Both the position numbers and the translations under genes were made by a program. From contig JAKAYT010000003.1 of assembly GCA_021826685.1 (NCBI GenBank), positions 7,980 to 71,979 on the forward strand: a DNA stretch of 64,000 bases. The letters run 5' to 3'. Under the pieces are notes generated by a model. The model was not told the DNA's origin, ran no database searches, and worked only from the letters and a program-made list of their open reading frames with translations. This document shows, piece by piece, positions 1-8,221 of the stretch (position 1 is its first letter; each line of letters begins with the position of its first letter). The DNA is from Thermoplasmata archaeon. Its GTDB lineage: Archaea; Thermoplasmatota; Thermoplasmata; Lutacidiplasmatales; UBA184.

Positions 1-796
1 CGGGGACGACGTTCCAATGCTGGACGGCGAACCACTCGCCGACGCGCCCCCAGGCGCTCATCACCTCGTCCGCGATCAATAGCACGTCGTTCCTCTTCGT
101 GATCTCCCGGATCCTCGGGAGATACTCCGGTACCGGCACCAGCACGCCATTGGTGCCGACGACCGGCTCCACGATCATGGCGGCGACGTCGCCCTCCTTG
201 CGGATCTGTTCGTCCACCGCGTCCGCGCACGCGACGTGGCACGAAGGGTAGGTGAGGCCGAAGGGACAGCGGTAGCAGTAGCAGTCCGGGGCGAAGACCG
301 TTCCCGGGACCTTCTGGTGACGTTCGATCACTCGGCGGCGGAACTCTCCCGTCACACTGATCGATGCAGCGGTCGCGCCATGGTAGGAACGGAACCGCGA
401 GATGATCTTGGATCGATTGGTGACCGCTCGCGCGATCTTGAGGGCCGCCTCGTTCGCTTCCGTCCCGGAGGTGCTGAAGAAGAAGTGGTCCAGGCCCGGG
501 GGAACGATCTCCCGAAGCTTCTGGCTCAGCTCCGCGCGCGCCGGGGAAGCCATGCCCGGCGCCAGGTAGGCGAGCGTGCGCGCTTGCTCCGCGATCGCGG
601 CGCTGATCCGGGGGTTCGCGTGACCCAGGTTCGTCGCGACGAGCTGGCTGGAAAAGTCGAGATACTCGCGCCCGTCGGCGTCCCAGAACTTGCAGCCTTC
701 CGCCCGCGTGACGAGGAGCGGGTTCCAACCCCCTTGTCGCCGCCACGTGACGTAGTTCGTCTCTCGAACGACACGCCGCTGTTCCTCCGGATCCAT
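1..796 (-). CDS. Class-III pyridoxal-phosphate aminotransferase, N-terminal ~265 aa; C-terminus beyond window edge
   Basis: Own minus-strand translation from ATG at 796: MDPEEQRRVVRETNYVTWRRQGGWNPLLVTRAEGCKFWDADGREYLDFSSQLVATNLGHANP...FFSTSGTEANEAALKIAR...MIVEPVVGTNGVLVPVPEYLPRIREITKRNDVLLIADEVMSAWGRVGEWF. Absent from the ORF track because it runs off the edge. Confidence 0.8.
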   Translation of the reverse strand, partial: MDPEEQRRVVRETNYVTWRRQGGWNPLLVTRAEGCKFWDADGREYLDFSSQLVATNLGHANPRISAAIAEQARTLAYLAPGMASPARAELSQKLREIVPPGLDHFFFSTSGTEANEAALKIARAVTNRSKIISRFRSYHGATAASISVTGEFRRRVIERHQKVPGTVFAPDCYCYRCPFGLTYPSCHVACADAVDEQIRKEGDVAAMIVEPVVGTNGVLVPVPEYLPRIREITKRNDVLLIADEVMSAWGRVGEWFAVQHWNVVP

Positions 797-1015
797 TGCC
801 CCCCCCGAGGGAACCGCACCTGATAACGGCCGTGTCGGGCGCACGCATCGGGCTCGACGGGGTTCCCGCGATGCGAGCTTCGCGGCGGTCCATTCCCGCA
901 CCGCCTATCGCGGGCCGCCGCGCCCGAGTCCGCCCCCCTTCGCGTCTGCGTTCGCCGAGGGGATCGATTCCACGGGCGGTGTATCGAGGGAGCCGATGGA
1001 CTCGCTCCGTGGCGA

Positions 1016-1669
1016 CTAGGAGGTCGGCTTCGACGGAGGAGCGGGGGGCCTCCGACGCGGCTTACGGGGGGCCGGAGGATCCGCGTCCGCCTCGGTCGTT
1101 GGAGACGCCTTCGGCGTGGGTGCCGCGAGCGTCGCCGTGCGTTGCAGCAGGTCCCGGAATGTGTCGAAGTAGCGCAGGTACGGATCCGCGCGACGCATCA
1201 GCTCAAGCTCCCCGAGCGCAATCTCGTACTGGGCCTTCGCGGGAGCGTCGCCCGAGGCCGCGCGCAGCGCATAGACACACAGGACCTGGTAGTGCGGCAA
1301 GGCGAAAGCGTCGGGCCGCGGAGTGCTCATGTCCCCCTTGCGAGGGCGGTGGACGCGCTCGATCGGGACCTTCTCGGCGACCGCCTTGCGATGCGAGAAG
1401 CCGAAGTACTTCCCCGGACCGAGGATTCGGGTCGCCTCGCGAACGTTGCCTCCGAGCGCGAGCGTGATTCGATCGCACTCGTGCCAAAGCCAAAGACCGA
1501 AGCCATAGTCCCCTTCCTGATATGCGGCCCAGGCGCGCTCGTAGAGGCGGCGCTCCTTCTCCTCCGGAGACCACTCGGGCAGGAGCTCCGCGCGCCAATC
1601 GGAGATGTAGATATCCACCCGCTGGGTAGGAGAGATCGTACGGAACTCCGGAACGTCGCGATCGGCCAT
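1016..1669 (-). CDS. Hypothetical protein with Pro-rich C-terminal tail
   Basis: 217-aa ORF with balanced, Trp/Tyr/Glu-containing composition (WRAELLPEWSPEEKERRLYERAWAAYQEGDYGFGLWLWHECD), unlike the Arg-rich shadow frames around it. No family recognised. Confidence 0.5.
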   Translation of the reverse strand: MADRDVPEFRTISPTQRVDIYISDWRAELLPEWSPEEKERRLYERAWAAYQEGDYGFGLWLWHECDRITLALGGNVREATRILGPGKYFGFSHRKAVAEKVPIERVHRPRKGDMSTPRPDAFALPHYQVLCVYALRAASGDAPAKAQYEIALGELELMRRADPYLRYFDTFRDLLQRTATLAAPTPKASPTTEADADPPAPRKPRRRPPAPPSKPTS

Positions 1670-2142
1670 CGACCCGCCCTCGCTCTGGGAGGATAGACCG
1701 TTTGCGGCCGGGGGTCAGGAACGGGCCTCGAGCGGCAGGACCCGGCTCGGCGACCGATGACTTCGACGCGGATCGAGGGTTTCGGCTGCAGCCTGCGCCG
1801 CGCCGATGGAGAGCCTTTGAACGACCCGCGATATCTTCCCGAAGCCCTCCTCAGTCGCCTCAGGATCGTTCGACCCGGGAGCCTTGTGAGAGGCCGAGAC
1901 GCCGCTTGAGGCCGCCTCCAGCGGGGCGTGAAGTGTTGTCGCCACGTTCGCGAACGGCACCTGTCGGGCAAATTCGTGGGTCCGGCTCCCCCGTACCGCG
2001 ATCGGGTTCGCCCTCCGGGATAGTTCCTTCGAACACCCGTCTCACTCCCGGCGCTCGGGGATTGTATCAATGTACGGCCGGCCCCGGAGAGCTTCGGAGC
2101 ATGGCGCGCTCGGAAGATGCGCGGCTCGCAGGGTGGAGCGGC

Positions 2143-3705
2143 CTACTTCGGGTGAACACGTACCCCGCCCACCCAGGTCTCCCGGACTCCCGACCCTCCC
2201 ACCTCCGCTGCCCTTTCTAGGGACGGGGCTGCGCACCGGACGAAATCGGCCGGTCGACCCGGGGCGATCGTTCCCAGTGCTCGAAATCCGATCGCCCGAG
2301 CTCCTTCGATAGTGTACATCCTGAGGGCTACTTCCGGGGCAACGGCTTCGGTCGGGGCGGGGTTCGCCGAGCGACCACCGGTGTCGGTACGGCGCACCGC
2401 GACCCTCATTCCCTGCCAAGGGTCGAGCGCATCGAACGGAGCATCGCTCGATCCGGCGAGGCGGCATCCCGCCGCCAGCAGGCTCGCGAAGGGGTAGGCC
2501 CACCGGGCCCGAGCGGGTCCCAGGCGTTGTGCGAGCCAGTGGTCACTGGCGATAAAGATGGGTTGAACGACGAGCGCGGCTCCCGATGGGGCGATCTCGC
2601 GGCCGAGATCGGGAGGTACCAGTCCCGCGTGCTCGATCCGGCCGATAGGTCGATCCGGATCCGGACGGGCCTGCTGCAGGGTCCGGAACGCCTCCGCGAC
2701 CGCTCGATCCCCGAGCGCGTGCACGGCCGGAGTGAGCCCGATCCGATGCGAGCGGGCAAAGATGGGGACAAGAAAATCACGGGGATGAACGGGCATGCCG
2801 GACGTGGAGGGATCATCCGAGTACGGCTCGGTGAGCCACGCCGTTCGCGTGCCGAACGCACCGTCCATGAAGGCTTTCACCCCGGCCACGCGCAGTCGCG
2901 CGGTCGGAGTCACGAGGCCCAAGACCGCGGAGTCCGATAGGTGATCGAACCACTCTAGGTTCAGGTAGCATGCGACCCGCACCGGCAGCCCGGAGCCGAT
3001 CGACGCTGCCGTCAGTGCCGAGAGTTCGGCCGGGTCGGAGTTCATGGTGCCGACCGCGGTGATCCCGAGCGAAGCGAGGCGGCGGAACTGACGATCAAGA
3101 GACGCCGGGTCGGCGAGCGCGACCTCGTGCGCCAGCTTCGTCGTCGGACCGAGGGCGGTCTCGAGAAGGCGGCCGTTCGGCTCTCCCTCCCGGTCACGAC
3201 CGATACGACCCCCGACCGGATCGGGAGTGGTCCGATCGATGCCTAGTTGTTGCATCGCCGCGGAGTTCGCTACCGCCGCATGACCCGACGCATGGTAGAG
3301 GATCACCGCACGGCCCCCGTCGACCGCGTCTAGGTCATCCCGTGTCGGCCAGTCGTTCTCTCCCGCGTTCGGGATGTTCCAGCCCCGACCCACGATAGGG
3401 CCGTTCGGATGGGCGGAGGACCACCGGCGCGTCCGTTCGATCAGCTCGGGGAGGGACGCTGCCCCAGTGAGCTCGACCCCGCTCTCCTGCACCGCCATCT
3501 CGGCGAGATGCAGATGGGCGTCGATCAGGCCGGGGACGACCAGGTCTCCCCGTAGATCGTGGATCTCCGCCCCTTTCGGTCGGTTCCGCTCGATCTCGTC
3601 GTTCGATCCTACGGCGACGAACTCGTCGCGCTCAACGAGGACCGCTTCGGCGTACCCGGTGCCGGTGAATATGTGGCCTCCGCGGAAGAGATGGGCATCG
3701 GACAT
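2143..3705 (-). CDS. Metal-dependent amidohydrolase (YtcJ-like, amidohydrolase_3 type)
   Basis: VVPGLIDAHLHLAEMA near the N-terminus, then FMDGAFGTRTAWL, HALGDRAV, IEHAGLV and GSSDAPF. Start set at the ATG giving MSDAHLFRGGHIFTG; the track ORF extends to 3753. Confidence 0.8.
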   Translation of the reverse strand: MSDAHLFRGGHIFTGTGYAEAVLVERDEFVAVGSNDEIERNRPKGAEIHDLRGDLVVPGLIDAHLHLAEMAVQESGVELTGAASLPELIERTRRWSSAHPNGPIVGRGWNIPNAGENDWPTRDDLDAVDGGRAVILYHASGHAAVANSAAMQQLGIDRTTPDPVGGRIGRDREGEPNGRLLETALGPTTKLAHEVALADPASLDRQFRRLASLGITAVGTMNSDPAELSALTAASIGSGLPVRVACYLNLEWFDHLSDSAVLGLVTPTARLRVAGVKAFMDGAFGTRTAWLTEPYSDDPSTSGMPVHPRDFLVPIFARSHRIGLTPAVHALGDRAVAEAFRTLQQARPDPDRPIGRIEHAGLVPPDLGREIAPSGAALVVQPIFIASDHWLAQRLGPARARWAYPFASLLAAGCRLAGSSDAPFDALDPWQGMRVAVRRTDTGGRSANPAPTEAVAPEVALRMYTIEGARAIGFRALGTIAPGRPADFVRCAAPSLERAAEVGGSGVRETWVGGVRVHPK

Positions 3706-3768
3706 GCCGGACGGGAGGGCCGTAGGCCGGGGGGCCCTTGAGCCCGCGCCCATCCCGAACGAGTCGGT

Positions 3769-5271
3769 CTAGACGTCGAGGTACGCGTAGAACTCGTACG
3801 GGTGCGGACGTAGGTTCAGCTGGAGCTGCTCGTTCCGCTTGATCTCGGTGTACGTTTCGAGGAGCGAGGAGGCGAACGCCGGCTTCAGGAACTCGCAATC
3901 GGACTCGAAGCAATCGAGCGCTTCCCCGAGCGATCCGGGGAGCTCGCGAATCCCGAGTTCCCGGCGCTTCGCCGGCGCGAGCTTGTAGATGTCCTGATCG
4001 ACCGGCGCGGGAGGTTCCATCTTCTTCTTGATCCCGTCCAGGCCCGCGAGCGCCAGAGCCGCCTCGGTGAGGTAGATGTTGGCCGCGGAGTCGGGCGTGC
4101 GGTACTCGATGCGCTTCGCCTCCGGATGTCCGCGTTGATAGGCAGGGATCCGGACGTTCGCCGAGCGATTGCCGCGGCTCCAGGCGATGAACACGGGTGC
4201 CTCGTATCCGGGGACCAATCGCCGGTAGGAGTTCGTGATCGGGTTCGTAATCGCGCAGAGGGAACGCGCGTGTTCGAGGAGTCCCCCGACGTAGTATCGG
4301 CAGGTCTGGCTCACCTCGGCGTAGGCGTCGTTCGCATCGTAGAAGGCGTTCGTGTCCTTCTGCCAGAGCGATTGGTTCGTGTGCATCCCGATGCCGTTGT
4401 CGCCGTAAACGGGTTTGGGCATCAGGACCGCGATCTTCCCGTGGCGCCGGGCCACGTTCTTGATCACGTACCGGACGTCCTGGATGTGATCGGCCGTTGG
4501 GACGAGCTCGTCGAAGCGGACGTTGAGTTCCCCTTGGCCCGCGGTGGAGACCTCGTGGTGGTGGGCGTCCATCACGATGTGGAAATCGTCGGCGAGGGTG
4601 TTCGCCATCTCCGCCCTCAGGGCAATGTCGGTGTCGTGAGGACTGGAGCGGTGGTACCCTTCCTTGAACCGTATCGGGGACTGGAGGGCCCCGGTCTGCC
4701 ACGGAGCCTCGCCGTGGTTGATCAGGTACCCGGATCCGCTCCAGGCATCACGCACCCCCTGCATCGAGGGGACCAGCTCGACCGAGTCAAAGACGAAGAA
4801 CTCGACTTCGGGCCCCCAATACGACTTATCGTAGCCGGCGCCCGCAAGGACCTCCTCGGTCTTGCGAGCCACGAACCGCGGATCGTGGGCGTAGCCCTCC
4901 TTGGTCCCGCCGATGCGGACGTCGCAGATGAACCGGACCGTACCGCCCGCCTCCGGGGTCCACGGAATCCGCGCGAGGGTGCGCGCGTCCGGGACCAGGA
5001 GCATGTCCGAGTCGTAGATCTGGCGGAAGCCTCGGACCGAAGAACCGTCGAGCTTGGGGACGCCGGACGCGAACGACTCGGCGTCAAGGGTATGGAGCGG
5101 GACGTCCACTTGGTTGAAACCGCCCAAAACGTCCGTGTAGAACAACTCGACCCAACGGATCCCTTCGGTCCGCAGCTCGTCCAGGATCTTCTGTGCATCT
5201 GCGCGCTCTGCGGGCCCCTTGCTCGGTGTCAATGATGCTGCCCCCAGGGTAGGGACCGGGATGGAGTACAT
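3769..5271 (-). CDS. glnA: Glutamine synthetase, type I
   Basis: IRWVELFYTDVLGGFNQVDVP, KLDGSSVRGF, GPEVEFFVFD, HHHEVSTAGQGELNV, MPKPVYGDNGIGMHTNQSLW and NRSANVRIP are classic GS-I blocks. Start at ATG 5271 (MYSIP); the track uses an upstream TTG at 5289. Confidence 0.9.
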   Translation of the reverse strand: MYSIPVPTLGAASLTPSKGPAERADAQKILDELRTEGIRWVELFYTDVLGGFNQVDVPLHTLDAESFASGVPKLDGSSVRGFRQIYDSDMLLVPDARTLARIPWTPEAGGTVRFICDVRIGGTKEGYAHDPRFVARKTEEVLAGAGYDKSYWGPEVEFFVFDSVELVPSMQGVRDAWSGSGYLINHGEAPWQTGALQSPIRFKEGYHRSSPHDTDIALRAEMANTLADDFHIVMDAHHHEVSTAGQGELNVRFDELVPTADHIQDVRYVIKNVARRHGKIAVLMPKPVYGDNGIGMHTNQSLWQKDTNAFYDANDAYAEVSQTCRYYVGGLLEHARSLCAITNPITNSYRRLVPGYEAPVFIAWSRGNRSANVRIPAYQRGHPEAKRIEYRTPDSAANIYLTEAALALAGLDGIKKKMEPPAPVDQDIYKLAPAKRRELGIRELPGSLGEALDCFESDCEFLKPAFASSLLETYTEIKRNEQLQLNLRPHPYEFYAYLDV

Positions 5272-5292
5272 CAACTCGTCCCCTTCCAAACT

Positions 5293-5331
5293 GGATATAT
5301 GTCCAATTTGATGATGAGTAGAATTATCTTC
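5293..5331. promoter_or_regulatory. Divergent glnA/lrp promoter region with two TATA-like boxes
   Basis: The 5272-5351 intergenic stretch is the most AT-rich in the area. GATATATG (5294-5301) lies ~26 nt from the glnA ATG and AATTATC (5322-5328) ~27 nt from the lrp ATG. Confidence 0.4.
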
Positions 5332-5351
5332 TAATCCTGCATGGAGAGAAC

Positions 5352-5879
5352 ATGGGACGAACGTCCACGCTCGACGAGCTCGACCGCTCCATCCTCGAGG
5401 AGCTGAACATCGATGCTCGACGTAGCCACCGCGAGATCGCCCACCGGCTGAAGGTTTCCCCTACGACCATCAGCGCGCGGATCGATCGGCTCGAACGCCA
5501 GGGAGTGATCCGGGGGTACGTTCCGATCCTCGACGACGAGCAGCTCGGATGGGATCTTTGGGCCACGATCGGCATCCGGATCTCCAAGGGCCGGCTGCGG
5601 GAGGTCGAGGAACTCCTCGCTCGAGACCCTCATGCCTACGCCATCTACGACCTCACGGGGGAGTACGACGCCCTCTTGATCGGACGATTCCGGGACCGTC
5701 GGGACCTCGACCGGTTCGTCAAACACGCCCTCCAGAACCCGCACGTCGAGCGAACGAACACCCAGGTCGTGCTGAACCGGGTCAAGGATGATCGTCGGGT
5801 CCCGGTGTCGCTCCGGAGTTCCCCCCGAGGGGACCTTCCTCCGACCCGGGCCCCCGGGACGACCCCCATCAGCACCTAA
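5352..5879 (+). CDS. lrp: Lrp/AsnC family transcriptional regulator
   Basis: LDELDRSILEELNIDARRSHREIAHRLKVSPTTISARIDRLERQGVIRGY is an HTH_AsnC motif. It is followed by a RAM-like domain (YAIYDLTGEYDALLIGRFRDRRDLDRFV). Divergent from glnA. Confidence 0.85.
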   Translation: MGRTSTLDELDRSILEELNIDARRSHREIAHRLKVSPTTISARIDRLERQGVIRGYVPILDDEQLGWDLWATIGIRISKGRLREVEELLARDPHAYAIYDLTGEYDALLIGRFRDRRDLDRFVKHALQNPHVERTNTQVVLNRVKDDRRVPVSLRSSPRGDLPPTRAPGTTPIST

Positions 5880-5920
5880 TAAGGCCCGGTTCCCTCCGTA
5901 TCCGTCGGGAGAGAGGTACC

Positions 5921-6751
5921 ATGGACTGGGGCTTGGAGAACCGAATCCGTCGAATGTTCCCCGCAGCGAGTGGAAACTCGGTGATGCTGGCCGTCGATCA
6001 CGGCTACTTCATGGGGCCGACACGACGATTGGAGAATGCCAAGGCCACGATCGCTCCGCTACTTCCGCACGCCGACGCGCTCGCGCTGACCCGGGGGATC
6101 CTGCGTTCGAGCGTGCCCCCGACTTCCACCACCCCGATCGTGCTCCGCGTGTCGGGGGGCGCCACGATCCTGAAGGAAGACCTCTCCCACGAAGATGTCA
6201 CCACCAGCATCCGGGACGCGGTGCGGCTCAACGTGAGCGCGGTCGCCCTCAGCGTCTTCGTCGGGTCCCCCCACGAACACGAATCGCTCGTCCATCTCTC
6301 GAAGTTGATCGATGACGGGGAAGAGTACGGAATGCCCGTACTCGCGATCACCGCTGTCGGCAAGGAGCTCGAGAAGCGCGACGCCCGCTACCTGGCGCTC
6401 GCCTGCCGCGTCTCCGCCGAGCTCGGTGCCCACCTCGTGAAGACGTACTACTGCGAGGGGTTCGACAAGGTCGTCGAAGGATGCCCCGTGCCGATCGTCG
6501 TCGCGGGTGGCCCGAAGCTGGACAGCGAAAAGGCAGCGCTCGAGCTCGCCCACGATGCCATCGCCGCGGGAGCGCGTGGTATCGACATGGGGCGAAACAT
6601 CTGGCAGTCCGAGCACCCGGTCGCGATGCTCCTTGCGTTGCGCGCGATCGTGCACGAGCGGGCGTCGGTCAAGGAAGCCCTCGAGATCTACGACGGAGCC
6701 AAGCATCGGACCGAGCCCGTGCCGACTATCGCTCCCTCTCGGCGATCGTAG
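5921..6751 (+). CDS. DhnA-family class I aldolase (FbaB / LsrF / ADH-synthase-like)
   Basis: VMLAVDHGYFMGP, TRGILRS, LVKTYY, CPVPIVVAGGPK and GIDMGRNIWQSEHPVAM match my recollection of E. coli LsrF and archaeal AroA-prime/FbaB along the whole length. Substrate not assignable. Confidence 0.8.
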   Translation: MDWGLENRIRRMFPAASGNSVMLAVDHGYFMGPTRRLENAKATIAPLLPHADALALTRGILRSSVPPTSTTPIVLRVSGGATILKEDLSHEDVTTSIRDAVRLNVSAVALSVFVGSPHEHESLVHLSKLIDDGEEYGMPVLAITAVGKELEKRDARYLALACRVSAELGAHLVKTYYCEGFDKVVEGCPVPIVVAGGPKLDSEKAALELAHDAIAAGARGIDMGRNIWQSEHPVAMLLALRAIVHERASVKEALEIYDGAKHRTEPVPTIAPSRRS

Positions 6752-6817
6752 CTCAGCGGCGATGCTGGCCCGCTCCGGGCACAGCGCTCTTAAACCGGGC
6801 GCCGGTGGGACCGACGC

Positions 6818-6902
6818 GCGGGGATTGCCAAGCCTGGTCAAAGGCGCCAGATTCAGGGTCTGGTCTCGTAGGAGTTCGTGGGTTCAAATCCCTCTCCCCG
6901 CA
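6818..6902 (+). tRNA. tRNA-Leu (anticodon CAG), class II with long variable arm
   Basis: Acceptor GCGGGGA/TCCCCGC plus discriminator A. Anticodon stem CCAGA/TCTGG with loop TTCAGGG (CAG). Long variable arm and T-loop GGGTTCAAATCCC. No encoded CCA. Confidence 0.9.
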
Positions 6903-7123
6903 GGAACCCCTTCTGACAAACGCGGGGATTCGGGTGTAAGGGGTTGAACCACCGGGTAGCTCGCACACGGGTTGAAACCCCGGACGAAGACCAGGTCGGA
7001 CGTCACCGACCGTCATGAGCGGCCAAGGTGCTCGTCGATCCCCCGCCTCGTCATGCGCGGTCAATACGCCTTTACAGCCCCTTCATGGAAGGGCGCGGCC
7101 CCTCCCATGCTCGAGGTCGACAT

Positions 7124-7330
7124 ATGTGCGAGTGTTGCCACCAAGAGTGCTGTTGCCGTCACGGCCACCGGGGATGGCGCCGCTTCCCGCCGCCGGATTA
7201 CCCCGTACGTTGGGCCGCGTACGAAGAGCCTGCCCTCACGAGCCGTCGGGAGTACTTGGAAGAGGAAAAGGCGGCTCTAGAACACCGGCTCAAGGCGCTC
7301 GACGAGCGGCTGAGGGAGTGGGGGAAGTAA
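7124..7330 (+). CDS. Small Cys/His-rich protein with C-terminal coiled coil (68 aa)
   Basis: MCECCHQECCCRHGHRGWRRF...SRREYLEEEKAALEHRLKALDERLREWGK. Start taken at an internal ATG because the upstream part of the track ORF is Arg/Pro-rich. Sits 17 nt upstream of the CMD gene. Confidence 0.5.
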   Translation: MCECCHQECCCRHGHRGWRRFPPPDYPVRWAAYEEPALTSRREYLEEEKAALEHRLKALDERLREWGK

Positions 7331-7347
7331 CTCCCCGGGGTGCGATC

Positions 7348-7686
7348 ATGGGGCACATGGCGGACAGATTGAACGAGTTCCACACGTTGGTCGGCTCGCT
7401 GGAGAAGGAGTATCCCAACGAGATCCAGGGGTTCCTCTCCTTCATGAAGAAGGCAGAGGGTGGTCCTGCTCTTTCGGCGAAAGAGAAGGAGATCATCAGC
7501 GTGGCCCTGTCGGTAGCGGCCCAGTGCGAGTGGTGCATTGCGTTCCACGTATCGGCAGCGGTGTCGGCCGGCGCGACCCGGGGCGAGCTGATGGAAGCGG
7601 GGTTTGTCGCGGTCGTGATGCATGGGGGGCCGGCACTGATGTACCTCGGCCCGCTGGTCGATGCGGTGAACGAGTTCGCCCGGTAA
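7348..7686 (+). CDS. Carboxymuconolactone decarboxylase (AhpD-like) family protein
   Basis: LSAKEKEIISVALSVAAQCEWCIAFHVSAAVSAGATRGELMEAGFVAVVMHGG is a CMD-domain signature with a CxxC redox motif. Start at ATG 7348 (MGHMADRL). Confidence 0.8.
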   Translation: MGHMADRLNEFHTLVGSLEKEYPNEIQGFLSFMKKAEGGPALSAKEKEIISVALSVAAQCEWCIAFHVSAAVSAGATRGELMEAGFVAVVMHGGPALMYLGPLVDAVNEFAR

Positions 7687-7925
7687 TCACTGATCGCGGC
7701 TCCGACTCCCTTCCGAACGTCGACCGCAGCGTACTGACTCGAGCCCTGTGGCCAGCAAACTGGTCCCGAGAGCTGCCCGTTGGTTCCCGAGCCGGGAGGC
7801 GTCGGAGCTGCGACAACCCTTCTCGTCGGGCTCGCAAGCGGGATTGGTCGCTAAGTGCCCGGCCCGAGCCGCTGCCTCAAGTTTCGGTACCAACGCCTCC
7901 GCCGCTCGGTGTGGCCGAGCTTGGG

Positions 7926-8221
7926 GCGTTCGAGAGTTTCCTCCCGGGGACGCACCCATCCTCACCTGGGCGTAGGAGAGTCCGGTCGATAGGAAAGGTC
8001 AGTTCGGACAGGAGGGCGATCGGCGGGATTGCTCCGTCGGGCTCTGGGAGGGATGCTAGTGCCGCGATGGCGACCCACAGGTAAACTCGATCCGCCCGAG
8101 GTCGGTTGCGGCGCAGAGCCTGCGTTTATCTGGTTCTCCTCTTCCGTCGCGATCAGTGGTCAGCGACCTGTATATGCGAACAGTGAAAATCGGTTGATGT
8201 CGATCCGGCTATCTCGGACGC
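7926..8221 (+). ncRNA. rnpB: Candidate RNase P RNA (ends approximate)
   Basis: Lies in an ORF-free gap. A 10-bp closing helix joins 7926-7935 (GCGTTCGAGA) to 8212-8221 (TCTCGGACGC). A P3-like hairpin joins 7943-7948 to 7965-7970. A P4-like pairing joins AG(T)CCGG (7979-7985, bulged T) to CCGGCT (8205-8210). Several strings resemble E. coli M1 RNA in the same order; see the finding. Not verified by a covariance model. Confidence 0.5.

Noticed and set aside
236-823. 195-aa plus-strand ORF at the window start
   Set aside because: It is antisense to the clearly recognisable class-III aminotransferase frame, and its composition is Arg-rich.
1715-1960. 81-aa minus-strand ORF (MPFANVATTLHAPLEAASSGVSASHKAPGSNDPEATEEGFGK...) in the 470-nt gap between two genes
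   Set aside because: Its composition is less shadow-like than its neighbours. However, it has a GTG start, no recognisable motif and an Arg/Ser-rich tail. That is too weak to list as a feature; it remains possible.
6741-6817. GTAGCTCAGCGG string (D-arm-like) at the end of the aldolase gene, suggesting a second tRNA, possibly with an intron, upstream of tRNA-Leu
   Set aside because: No complementary D-stem, no 5-bp anticodon stem with a 7-nt loop, no T-arm and no acceptor pairing could be built. The string lies at the 3-prime end of the aldolase gene, straddling its stop codon.
6818-7123. Integrated mobile element at tRNA-Leu
   Set aside because: Apart from a short tRNA-like remnant there is no integrase, no long direct repeat of the tRNA 3-prime end, and the flanking genes are ordinary.
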